A stretch of 64,000 nt of DNA from Octopus sinensis (taxonomy: Eukaryota): NCBI RefSeq assembly GCF_006345805.1, contig NC_043004.1:27094001-27158000 (forward strand), in the 5' to 3' direction. The position numbers and the translations under genes are program-made. Positions within the stretch are counted from its first letter, which is position 1, and every line of letters starts with the position of its first letter. Below the pieces are notes generated by a model that saw only the letters and a program-made list of their open reading frames with translations, made no database searches and was not told the DNA's origin. Positions 1-12,009 of the stretch are shown here, piece by piece.

Positions 1-18
1 GTGTATATACTTATATTT

Positions 19-201
19 ATCATCATCATCGTTTAACGTCCGTTCTCCATGCTAGCATTGTTTGGATGGTTCGACCGGGGATCTAGGAAGCCAGAAGGCT
101 GCACCAGGCTCCAGTCTGATCTGGCAGTGTTTCTACAGCTGGATGCCCTTCCCAACGCCAACCACTCCGTGAGTGTAGTGGGTGCTTTTTACGTGCCACC
201 C
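19..201 (-). mobile_element. 3' end of RTE-type LINE or its dependent SINE, with (ATG)n tail
   Basis: Plus strand reads catcatcatcgtttaacgtccgttctccatgctagc...tttttacgtgccacc. The same tail recurs at 21232, 21875, 42553 and 57075, and follows the RTE ORF at 34030-35172. Confidence 0.85.
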
Positions 202-589
202 TGCATGTGAGCATGTATTTGCTTACATATTTTTGTATATTTATATACGTAATCACATATGTGTATTTGTATGCATATCTATAGTTATGTGTATATACAT
301 AAGTAATTTTATTTTATGTGTGTATTTGTTGAGCACAATTCGTGAAGTATCACACCTTTCTTTTTCCTATTTGATACTCGTTGGCGTCTTTACATAGCAA
401 CCTCTTTCTCTCTTGTCTCACTAGATTTCTGTTTCAGTTTCTTTTTCTTTCTTTATTTTCTCTCTCCCTCCTCCCTATGTTTAATGCACTTCCCATCCAT
501 TTCGTCGGCAACAACGGACCTGTATATGTATACACCAAGAGATTTTGTGCGTGTGTATGCGTGTGTACATATATGTATATGTGTATTTG

Positions 590-730
590 TGTATATATTT
601 ACGGCTATACTCCATGGTAGTGATACATGGGTTCTAAATGCAGAAGACATACATAGACTGGAGAAGAACGAAGGTAGTATGCTCCATTGGATGTGCAACA
701 TCAGTGTGCATGTACGACAAAGTGCAAATG
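590..730 (+). pseudogene. RTE LINE ORF2 C-terminal fragment
   Basis: Translates to AILHGSDTWVLNAEDIHRLEKNEGSMLHWMCNISVHVRQS, homologous to the RTE copies at 27862 and 34030 (LHGSETW...RNEASMIRWMCNVSV). Confidence 0.85.
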
Positions 731-967
731 TGCCACTGTATCATTGCTCTCTTGGCCCTGTGCCACTGTATCATTGCTATTCACTACCTTCTGGCCTGTG
801 TGCTCCATCCGGACCCTGTCTCACTGTATCGTTACCTATGCCTGGCACTTTGTCACCATCTCTATCCTGCTGTCTTCCTTTCTCTCTCTCCTACTCCTGC
901 ACTTCCTGCAGGTTGGATGACCCTGTATTTCCTTTGCGCAGCACATATGTTTCTGTCTTCATTCTTT

Positions 968-1007
<40 letters not shown>

Positions 1008-1149
1008 CTGTCAGGTAACCTTGTACCTCCTCTACAGCAGAACACCTGTTTCTGTCTCTCTGTTTGACTATTACCTTTCAACATCTGACACAAGATCTCC
1101 TCCTCCAATGCCCCGCCCCCTCTCAAAAATGGTTTTTTTCTCTGTCTTA

Positions 1150-1693
1150 CAGGGTCACGAGAGTTTGTGAGGAACCTATTGACCCAATTTGTTGACTTTT
1201 CTGATGGCACACAAGTACCGATGAATGGTTGAATGACCAAATTCAAGATTCTCTGCTAGTTCTTCAACAGTTACCATGAGATTTTACTTCACTAGGGTTT
1301 GCAGGACGTCCTCATCAAGCTCTACAGATCTTCCAGGACAAGGCTTGTCTTCTAGGCTGTAGTTTTCAGCTCAGAATTTCTGGAACTACCATTGACACTG
1401 GCTTATTGTCCAATCCTCATTTACTGCATTAATATTCCTCACACTTTCCATTGCATCGTTGCCTTTATTGAATTAATAAAGCAAAATATGTTCCTTTGTC
1501 ACTTACATTATAGTTTTGAAAAAATAGCTGTTAAAATCGAACTGCACTCTTCAGAATTTGCACTAAGAATAAGGACAAGGTAAAATGACTACCTGCTTTT
1601 ATGCCAAGTTGATGCATGTAGTTTATCCTGTCTCCCTCCGACTTTTAGTTCATGCAATTGAAAAAAGACTGCATTATTTATGGGATGACCCAA
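1150..1693 (-). mobile_element. 5' half of a decayed mariner transposon
   Basis: Minus strand gives M*VTKEHILLY*FNKGNDAMESVRNINAV...QCQWWFQKF*AENYSLEDKPCPGRSVELDEDVLQTLV...HSTIHRYLCAIRKVNKLGQ*VPHKLS (mariner HTH region and WVPHxL motif). TIR-like end TTGGGTCATCCCATAAATAATGC abuts TA at 1694. Confidence 0.85.
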
Positions 1694-2211
1694 TATATAT
1701 ATATAATTTTACATCCACTTTCAATTCTGGTATGCATTAGACAGTGTGAAGATGGTCTGACTTTGTTCTTATTTTGGGTTACTGTCCTATAGAGGACCAT
1801 ATCTCACTAAAAATTTCCAATTTTGGCATTGTTTCCTCATTAACATCAATCAAATTGCAGAATATATTAGATGCATTGTATGAAGATGCCAGCACTAGAA
1901 GTTTTGTTGTATTCCTCACAAAATCTTTTTATGTTGTATCCATTCGTTCAAGGTTAATGTGACTAACAAGGTGAAGAAAAGACAGAATAGGTTTGACTGT
2001 GATGCAGAAACATAGTTATAGGGGAAGGAGAAATGGGAGAGAGGCAATGATAGCTACATGCAGGTTATTGGTAAGAAACTGAATCGAAGTAGTATAAATC
2101 ACATGATGAGACTGCAGTAAATGTGGATAATGGTAAAGAATGGTGCATGATAGGTAACACTGGGGATGGTTAAGAGAGAGAGATTGATAGATTTCAATGC
2201 AGAGTTTCATG

Positions 2212-2242
<31 letters not shown>

Positions 2243-4596
2243 TGTGTGTGTGTAAGTGATAGCAGGGGCACTGTACAGGTGATGCCATCCTTCCTAATAC
2301 TGGCATTTCATGTAGATTAATTCCAGTTCAAATTTATTGAACTACAGCTGATACATGTATGTATGTATGCATACTTGTATCCAGGGGGGGGGCCGGATTC
2401 ACAAAAAAAACCAACAAAAGACGAAGACAGGTGGTGTAGACAACAAACAGATGTATTATTTTAATGCTCGGGAAGTGAAAAAGTCTTTAACGTTTCGAGC
2501 CTATGCTCTTCCACAGAAAGGAACACAGAAAGAAACAAGGAGAGAAAATAAAGAATGTGTAGTGGCTAGCAACATATCATGGCGAATGCTGGCCAGAGAG
2601 CTAGGAAGAAGGGGAGATAATAAAGTAGAGGTGATCTCGAAACGAAGGTGCGTGTGCATGTTTATAAGACAGCTGTGTGAGCATATATGACCGTGTGTAT
2701 ATGGTTGTGTGGCCAAGATAGATATGCCATGAAAGCAAAGACTTGACAGAACAATGACCTTTGTTCAAGACATGATTCTCAACAGCTGAATTCTAAAAGT
2801 CCTGACAAAACCAATGTCTTTATACTTGTCTGTCTATCTATGCATGCTTGCCCATGACAGTGTATATGTGTGTGCATATGCATGTGTTAATGCTTGTATA
2901 TATGTGTATAGCGAGTTGACATACTGAGATATAACTCACAGTATTTTTTTCTATAATGGTTTTATTCGCAGACAAAAAGTGTTGCATATCTCTATCTTTA
3001 TTTTTCTAATTTGTTTAAATTTGTCTGTCTGTTAGTCGATCTATCTGCCTACCTGTAACCAGGCTTGCTATCATTATAAATATGCATGTATACATATTTG
3101 TGTGCATGCATATATTTTACATATGCATGTATGTATATATGTGTGTGTATGTGTGTGTGCATATGCATATATACATATACATACATGCATATACACACAC
3201 ATATATATATCAATAAACAAAAGTGTATGCAGAAACACACTTGGAAACAGGAATGAAAGGGAAGTGTAAGGATGGAATGAGATTCAGGGAAAATATAGGC
3301 ATATAGAATGAATATTTTAAGAGAAAAATACCATGAAGTTATTGCATAGAATGAATAAATATACAATGTGTATGTGTCTTTTCATACATGTATACACAAA
3401 TACATGCATGCATGTGTGCACATACACACACACGTCAATATATATACCAAATTTTCATACTTGCACACAACCATATATGTGCCATTTGTACTTTCTTTCT
3501 CTTTCTCCCTGTATGTGTGTGTGTATGTGTAGCTATTTATTTGCATGATGATGATGATGATGATGTATGTATATACATACATTTCAGTGACTGTGTGTCT
3601 ACATTTGTATGTATAACCATGAATGAGAATGAGTATATACATGTTCACACTTGTATGTATGTATGTGTGTGTGTAGAGAGAGAGAGAGAGTAGACAAAAT
3701 GAGATAAAAAAAATTACAATATTTTTTTCTGTAATAGCTTCACTCACAGACAAAAACAGTATTTGTGTTACTGTAGAATTTCTACCTTTTGTTTTTATAA
3801 TTTGTTTAAATTTATTCCATTTTATCTCATATTATATTGTGATATATTTTACAGCCATCATGCTTTTGACATTCAACACTGCATTTTATTTGCAAATGGC
3901 TGAAGGAAAATAAAGATTTTTGCCTTTATGCACCGATAAAGGAAAGACAGAAACCAAAATATAAAACAAGAAAATCTAGAATTGGTTGCATTTAATGGAA
4001 GACCTATGCTGGAATCATTCCAGATGATACCATCATTTGATGGGCTTTTGATTTCTATTGGCTAACTTAGCCATTAACCCTTTTAAACATTATTCTCATT
4101 ATTTTGTCTTTGGTGTTTAATGACAAGATGTGTGTGTTTGTTGGAGGGAAAAAAAGACATAAAAGTTAGAGCTAACAATCAAACAAAAACTATAAAACAA
4201 AACAAGATAAATCTCTAAATGAAAGCAATGACAAAAAAAAAACAAATATATGGAGAGTGCCAAGAACGAGTTGGTAAATTCTTTATATAAAGGGACGGTT
4301 TTCAAAATTATAGTATTGGTGTATTTGAAGTCTATTGGAGATTACATTAAATGTTTCACTGCTGGATACTGCTGCCAGTTAATTATCCTGGTATTTTCTT
4401 TGGAAATCTTTAGAAACATACTGCACCATGAAAAGAGATTCTGTTTCTGTTTTCTGACATATTGTGGTGTATACTGAAAGAGGAGAACTGAAATAGTATG
4501 TCTATTGTCATATATAGTCTAACACTTAGTGTGTTTAAAAAAAATTATGAGTATCTTTCCATACAGACACACGTACATATATACATACACATAAAC

Positions 4597-4634
<38 letters not shown>

Positions 4635-4960
4635 GAATGCACTCACACACATATCGCTGGTAGTGGGGATAAGTCACTGTTATCTCTAGCAGCTGAGCAT
4701 CTATCATTGACAAGACCAAGGAAGGTTGAAATCATGTGATCTGGTGGTCCCAGAGCTGAAGGTGCCAGGGATTTATCTCAATGCTAGAGATATAAAGAAG
4801 AGTGCATTTTGCGCCAAAAAAAAAAAACAATATGAGAGTTCCTCTCATGGCATCTACTGCAATATTTTTTTTTTACAGAAAATCTATGTTTAAGTGGAGT
4901 TAAATATTACCTCTTGTATTAATACTGATGCTGTCACTAATAAATACATACATACATATA

Positions 4961-5289
4961 CAGGGTGCGGTGAATATATGCAAAAACGTCTAAATTATGC
5001 AAAAAGGGAAATAACGGGATCTCATTTTAATAGATATATTTACCAAAATTGCATAGAAATATCTCGAAATATTAAAGAATAAATTTAATCAATAAAATCG
5101 TTATTGGCTTCAACCACGGCCTCCAGGTTGAAATTTCTGGCAGAGTGAATTGCACTATAGTGCTGTTTTTCTCACAGATGGTACTCAACTGAGCTTACTA
5201 TACTGTGTAGTTGACAAAATCAAAAACAAACGATGTGCATGCACAACATTAAAAATATAAGATGGTGACAATTCACCCATCACCCCCTG

Positions 5290-5290
<1 letters not shown>
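4961..5290 (-). mobile_element. maT/DD37D-type Tc1-mariner 3' remnant, possibly an internally deleted copy
   Basis: Minus strand near 5090-5140 encodes NLEAVVEANNDFID*, a typical C-terminus of this group. Loosely similar CAGGG-starting ends at 4961 and 5290, each next to TA. Confidence 0.55.
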
Positions 5291-5452
<162 letters not shown>

Positions 5453-5544
5453 TAAAAGCAATTAAGATTCAAGTGAGTTCTGTTGAATTCACATGAATGC
5501 GGTACTTAACTTAGATGCACCAGAAATCTATATGGTATTAACCA

Positions 5545-5945
5545 TAAGATAATGCGGGGTGATTATTGTTGAGGTTTTGAGGGTGTTCAGGAAAAGGTTT
5601 CATTGCAAAAAGCTAGACCTCTTTTACACAGCTTAGTGGCACCTGCATCAAGACAATATGCTAGTCCACAATTCCATCCAACTACTTGACAAAGATGGGA
5701 ATCAGAACTATCTCTCACCCTCTCTGCAGTCCAGAACTTGCTCCCTGTGACTTTTGGTCTTTTCCCAAGCTGAAGGAGAACCTCAGGAGCAGCCTAAAGA
5801 TATTGAGAAGATGAAAGAGGCTGTGACGAGTGTCCTGGGTACCTTCACTTTGGAGGACTTCCATGGGTGCCTTCACGAAGTGGTTGGCAAGCTAAAAGTG
5901 CATTGAAGTCAGTATGTATATATTCAACTAGATGCAGTTTAAAGT
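5545..5945 (+). pseudogene. mariner transposase C-terminal remnant
   Basis: Frames give VEVLRVFRKRFHCKK...WHLHQDN...SNYLTKMGIRTISHPLCSPELAPCDFWSFPKLKENLR, a degenerate HPPYSPDLAPCDF motif. Confidence 0.85.
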
Positions 5946-6299
5946 CATATTCAGGACATACATGTGTGTGTTTTGTGTGTGTCTTTTTCATGCATGTGTG
6001 CACAGAAATGTAGATTTTAGGTGAATATGTATTGGTAAGGAGTGTAAAATCAATGAGAAAACTATACAATTGGCATTCTTCAACAAAAGGTCACTTGTAA
6101 CAATTGGTTCTACACCAAGTAGAGGCCACTCTCTTGTCGCTCTTGGTATGAGAAACATAAGAGAAATAGTGCTTAGTACTTTACAAAACCTGTAACAAAC
6201 AACAATATTTGTCGCAAAATTCAATATTAAAACAAAACATATAACAATAAAAAAAAATTAGAACTGTTTCAGAGGAAGAAAATGAAGCAATAAAAGCTA

Positions 6300-6395
6300 T
6301 GGTCTTGAAGAAATGTAATTCTTTTGTCTTTGTTACAATACAAATATTCACACCAAATAGATGTGTTAGGGGAAAAATCCAATTTTCTTAGCAAT
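6300..6395 (+). repeat. dispersed repeat with an inverted homolog at about 9605-9705
   Basis: tcttgaagaaatgtaattctt..gtcttt..tacaaatattcacaccaa..atgtgt.aggggaaaaa.tccaattttcttag matches the reverse complement of 9605-9705. Confidence 0.75.
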
Positions 6396-6671
6396 ATATT
6401 TCTATCTAATCTTTTATATTTCTCACATGATTATAAAACAGAAAACACACACAGACACATGCAATATACATACACCACCATACATACACACATGTATATA
6501 CACACAAACACATTAACAACGTACATGCATGCACATATATGTATATATTCCACAAGAATATACGTGAGAGTGTGTGTATATGTTTGTGCATACCTTCATA
6601 TGAGCAAATACACTTATATATGTTTCTCTGTATACATACATGCACTCACACACAGGTGTATGTGTGTATAT

Positions 6672-6706
<35 letters not shown>

Positions 6707-6852
6707 TACACATATATATACATGTGTAAATATATGTATGTGTATGTACATATATATAAGTGCATATATATATAAATATATATATGTATATACATGTGTG
6801 CATATATATATATATAAATATATGTATATATATGTGTGCATATATATATATC

Positions 6853-6918
<66 letters not shown>

Positions 6919-6921
<3 letters not shown>

Positions 6922-7209
6922 GAATGGTTGTATACTATCAATCTAACACGAACGTGACAGTAGTGAGGTACACCACCACTGTATAGCCCTAGGAAGCATC
7001 GACGCCTCCTGATGGCTTTTACACATTTTTCCTGTGTCCTTACATACATTTACGAAGGGGAGACAAACCCCTTCGTAAATGTATATAAGGACACAGGAAA
7101 AATGTGTCAAAGCCATCAGGAGGCGTCGATGCTTCCTAGGGCTATACAGCGGTGGTGTACCCCCCTACTGTCACGTTCGTGTTAGATTGATAGTATACAA
7201 CCATTCTAT
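6919..7209. repeat. long fold-back palindrome, 142-bp arms, 7-nt loop
   Basis: Arms 6919-7060 and 7068-7209, loop AGACAAA. 5 mismatches and no indels by manual alignment. Left end abuts (TA)n. Confidence 0.95.
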
Positions 7210-7378
7210 CACCCCACCACCGTACATGTCTCTACAAGAGATTTAGAAATTTAGCATTTCTGATATATATATATATATATTAATAGTCATGGTATGACAA
7301 CAAAAGAATGAACTAGACCTCAATATTATGTAAATAGAGGAATTTATCTGTAATATATGTGATAATTATTCAGTTGCC

Positions 7379-7626
7379 ATATACATATCTGTAATATAAT
7401 ATGTGACAATTATTTGGTTGCCATAATAAAACTCTGAGTTTCGGATGTCAGGGCGGAAATCTGCTCCAGCATCTTGTCAGTTATTAAGACATCATTTTCA
7501 TAGCATTTTTTGATGTCTGAATAACTGAAGAGATGCCGGAGCAGATTTCCACCCCAACATCCGAAACTCGGAGTTTTATTATGGCAACCAAATAATTGTC
7601 ACATATTATATTACAGATATGTATAT
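7379..7626. repeat. fold-back palindrome, 116-bp arms, 16-nt spacer, Penelope-like terminus
   Basis: Arms 7379-7494 and 7511-7626 with 8 mismatches. Part of the left arm is tandemly duplicated at about 7346-7380. Each arm contains a hammerhead-like motif. Confidence 0.93.
7520..7580 (+). ncRNA. minimal type-I hammerhead ribozyme-like motif (mirror copy 7424-7486 on the minus strand)
   Basis: AATAA-CTGAAGA-GATG..CATC-C-GAAA-CTC-g-GAG-T-T-TTATT gives stem I, core, stem II, GAAA, palindromic stem III, a GUU triplet and the stem I partner. Confidence 0.7.
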
Positions 7627-7639
7627 ATATATATATATT

Positions 7640-8350
7640 ACACATATAAGCAGCAAAGTTGACATGGCCTGCAGAATGTGTTCCTGGATTCTCAGAACCT
7701 TCCAGTCGAGAGATTCTCACGCTATTATCCTTCTCTTCTCCACTTTTGCCCGACCCCACCTTGAATACTGCTGTCCACTGTGGTCTCCCTACACAAAACA
7801 AAATATTATGAGAATTGAAGCTCCCAAAGGTCAATCACAAAAAAGATAGATGGCATGTCAGACCTTGACTACTGGGGTAGACTAGAGAAGCTGAAATTGT
7901 ATTCACTCAAACGACCGTGAACGCTACATTATCTGTATGATGTGGAAAATATTCCACCAGCACTGTCCGAATGATGTTGGCATCACCTTCAAAATGCATC
8001 CAGGCTTGGACCACGTGCCATCCGTCCACAACAAAAATCTAAATCGCATCACATAACGACAATACGGCACACAACTATTTCACCTCAATTGGACCTGCTC
8101 TCTTCAACATTACACCAGGACACGTCAAAAAAGAACTGACCACACAAAATTCAAGAAGTCTTTGGACAAATTCCTTCAAACAGTACCGGACAAACCACCC
8201 ACACCCGGATATGTCTCCGCAAACAATAACTCTCTGCTCGAATGGGCCTTGGTGCCCAAATCCTGAACTGAAAGACTTCACCAGGTGGTGCTATTAAGTT
8301 AGACATGGCCTGGGCCAATACTGGCCAAAACCTTTCTAAGTTATTCTAAG
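7640..8350 (+). mobile_element. 5'-truncated CR1/L2-group LINE (ORF2 C-terminus plus 3' UTR)
   Basis: ACRMCSWILRTFQSRDSHAIILLFSTFARPHLEYCCPLWSPY...RLEKLKLYSL...GPALFNI...LDKFLQTVPDKP. Ends in a short tandem ttctaag tail before (TA)n. Confidence 0.85.
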
Positions 8351-8351
8351 T

Positions 8352-8416
<65 letters not shown>

Positions 8417-8594
8417 TATATAATATATATATGTATATATATCTGTGTGATGTTTAATATATATAGTGTGTGTGTTTATATATATGTATATATATGTGTA
8501 TATATATTTGTTGTCTACCATTTTTATCAATATATATATATATATCTGTGTGTATGTGTGTGTATATATATATATATTATATATATATATATAT

Positions 8595-8642
<48 letters not shown>

Positions 8643-8874
8643 ATATATATGTATTTATACATATGTATGTGTATAAGTATATTTTATATATATATATACA
8701 TATATGTATATGTATGTGTGTATATATTTGTGTATATATGTGTGTGTCTGTCTGTGCATGTATATGTGTATAAGCATATATTTACAACAACAGAAAAATA
8801 TTAGTTCTCACTAATTTTTCTTTCTGTCATTATTAATATATTATTTTGTGCTTTACCAAGAACTTTTATTCATG

Positions 8875-8918
<44 letters not shown>

Positions 8919-8950
8919 TAAATATAGAATTCTATCTTAATTATAGTGAG

Positions 8951-9340
8951 CAGGGGTGGCAAACTGCCAGAGACATCAGAAAAGCCAAGAAAAGAAAAGA
9001 CTGGGTGTTAAACTACAGAAAGGCAAGCAAAAACTGGGATGAAGCTCAGGTCTCTTTATGTGTCAAATTGAAGCCCTTCATAAAACAAAGAACTGATACA
9101 TCTAATAAAGAAACAGAAGGAAAATGAAGGATGTAATTATATATCAAACAGGGAAGAATTGGGTGCCAAGTTTGTGAATCCTCTGCTTAAAAACACATGT
9201 CCACTCTGTTTCTGAAGAACTTCTTACTCAGTCTGAAACTTGAGCTGTTCATAAGCACTCTTGTCAGAAGCAGATTTGTTGAGTGTTAAGAGGCCAACTT
9301 TGTGAGGTGTTCTGGATAAACCTAGCCAGTTGATTTCCAT
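8951..9340 (+). mobile_element. possible hAT-derived remnant
   Basis: Starts with CAGGGGTGGCAAACT (hAT-like TIR), followed by a basic KAKKRK segment and a CQVC motif. No second TIR or TSD found. Confidence 0.3.
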
Positions 9341-9834
9341 GATTTAAAAAAAAAATTATATTTTATTTTAGTCATTGTTTATATTCTTTTTATTTGTATC
9401 TGACAGAAAATAACATTAATTTGAACAATTTAAATAACATAATTAATGATAGAAACAATTACAACATACATTTTGCCTAACAAAAAATACTTTGAAAAAT
9501 TGATGTTTATAACAAAACACAATTGCAGACCTAATTTCACAAAAGTTCTCCCTCTCCCAATAAAATGACTTTAAACTTGAATTACTTAGAGAAAAGATTC
9601 TGCCAAGTAAAACTAAGAAAATTGGACATTTTTTCCCCTCACACATTTACTTGGTGTGAATATTTGTACAAAAGACCAAAGAATTACATTTCTTCAAGAT
9701 CATCATTTTTATTATTTAAAATTTTTCTCTGAGACAGATCTATATTTTTGATTGATATATTTATGTTCATATATCGAAATTGGTGAAACATTCTTTTGGA
9801 TATACCAAAGGATTTTAAGACTGTCTATCAGTAG

Positions 9835-9906
9835 AAATTCTTGTTTGCTGATGACCTAGTTCTTATAGCTTAATTTGAGGAAGAATTATGGAAAGAATTC
9901 CAGAAA
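9835..9906 (+). pseudogene. non-LTR reverse transcriptase motif fragment
   Basis: KFLFADDLVLIA*FEEELWKEFQK carries the F/YADD catalytic motif. Confidence 0.55.
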
Positions 9907-10909
9907 ATTTATGGCAGATATTTGTTAACCTCAGAAGACATAAAATAGAATGAATTCCAGCAGAATTTGAATTCACATTGTAAAAGAATGTAACTCTCCT
10001 AAGTATGAGATCTCTTTTCTCTAACTTTCTCTCATACTCTCACAGATTATCATGATAGATATTACAATTCACAATACTTGAAATTCATTTATTTTTCTAA
10101 CATTTTCAAGCATATAAATGATGTTCTAGCATGATTTTAGTCATGGTAACAACTGAATAGCAAAAATAGCCAAAACAATTTAAGGCCACCCAAATGACAG
10201 TGCATGCAACACACACACACACAGCAATAGCTAATTTCGTGTATATCATTACCTGAATCATATTTGGCATAGTTTTATCTGATTTTCATGTAAGATCAAC
10301 TATCTGCATCTATTTCTATGGAAAGAAAGAGAGAGAGAGAGAAAGAGAAAAAGAGTTAATGTGCAGATGTGAATGTATACATGAATATATATGAGAATTA
10401 TTCTATGATACTTCTAGAAACCTTTAAAGGCAAAAAAGACGGCAAAGCAAATGCCGTGAGATTCCCATCTCAGATTTGTCTCTTTCCTTCCTAATACCAA
10501 GAGTTTACTATTTCAGTTTAAGCCATATGTTTTCATGCTGCTAGCTAGCTCTGTTTGCAAGGTGTTCAAGTGTCCTCTGCACTGATATTTATATACAACA
10601 TGAATCAGTGATTTATACAGAAATAAATTCTGATTTTACACCTTGCCTTGTGATGTTTCTGTGTTGCTTCAGACTAAACTATTGCTGTATCAGTATTTGT
10701 ATGAATGTAAAATCTAGCCATAATCTCAGTATCATAATAATATAGTTTACATGTACAAGATGTATATATATATATATAATGTAACCTTCTATAAATCTGT
10801 TCCACATCAAAGAATTACTAGGTAGAGGTCTCAACAAAACTACAATTTCACATGCCATACATCAAATTCTTATTGTCTATTGTTTCAACAACTAAATCAT
10901 ATTGTATTC

Positions 10910-11072
10910 TTTTAGTCTTTTATTCTCTTCTTCCTTCAGTCATTAGACTGTGGCCATGCTGGAGCATTCACGTCAAGGCTTTTAGTAAATTAAATCAACC
11001 CAAAACTTAGTATTTTTGATTGATTGATTCTAGTTTCAGCTCACGAGCTGTGGCCATGCTGGGGCACCGCCA
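10910..11072 (-). mobile_element. two tail fragments of SINE family A
   Basis: ctgtggccatgctgg(a/g)gca occurs twice and matches the reverse complement of the tail of 44390-44795. Confidence 0.7.
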
Positions 11073-12009
11073 TGATATTTATTATATCAATCTCAGAAAA
11101 AAAAAGAAGACTAAGAAAACTGTGCATAAAGGGATATAACTGAGATGGATCAAAATGCACTTATAATCTTTTCATTGAGTTCCTGCAGGAAATTCAATGA
11201 GAAGTTTGCAGATGTGTCAGGAAAATTTTTGATATACAATAATGTGTTAAAAGAGATGTTGTACTTAGGAATATTTATTCTCTCAATAAACACACACATA
11301 CACACATACACACACAATCGCGCATGCACACACACGAAATAGCTGTAGCTTCTCTGTTAATTGATTTGTTAATTTCTTTCGGTACATGTCTATAAACTTT
11401 TTGTATTTCCTCCAGGAAACTCAATGAAAAGGATATACATGTATTTCAGTCTTTCTTTTCTCACTTGGTTGACTTGATCTTTCTCCCTCCTCTGATATTT
11501 CCAAGACCAAGTATTGGGTTGTTATCATTATTTAAAGCTTTGAGAATAGTGCCACAGAATGGCCAATGTCTAATGACTGAAACTAGTAACAGAATAAAAG
11601 ATGAAAAGATTGGGTTGTTGATGCAAAAGATAATAAGAATTTCAAGTATGGCATGTAAAATTTTAGTTTTGCTCAAAATACATCAACTAATTACACACAC
11701 ACACACACACAAAGAGAGAGAGAGAGGAGGGGGGAGAGAGACAGACAGATTGACATATGTCTATTCTTTCCCCACTCAGTTTAATCTTTTGTATCACTTC
11801 ACCCATATTCTCTCCCACTGTGTCTTGATAGTATGTGCTGACACATATCCATCTTTTCTCTCAATCTCCATCTCTATCCTTTCTCTTTAAGTTTCCTTCT
11901 CCCTTCTTCTCCAACTGAGATATCCTTGTATCTCTTCTATGGCAAGACACAGCTATCTCTATTCTTTTAACTTCTCATCAACAGGCACATAACCACCTTC
12001 CTCTATACT

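Noticed and set aside
1156-1430. Plus-strand exon candidate GSREFVRNLLTQFVDFSDGTQ after a strong acceptor
   Set aside because: It is the antisense of a mariner transposase on the minus strand.
1507-1562. Minus-strand exon with a strong acceptor and GTAAGT donor
   Set aside because: Stops in all frames, and it lies in the mariner 5' region upstream of its start codon.
3960-4060. Minus-strand GIIWNDSSIG resembling the RmlC epimerase motif
   Set aside because: A single short match, bounded by a stop, with no other family motifs. Treated as chance.
7000-7020. CTGATGG as a ribozyme core in the 6919 palindrome
   Set aside because: No downstream GAAA or consistent stems.
9228-9311. Minus-strand exon candidate TPHKVGLLTLNKSASDKSAYEQLKFQT
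   Set aside because: It overlaps a possible hAT remnant on the opposite strand and the acceptor is weak. Not supportable.
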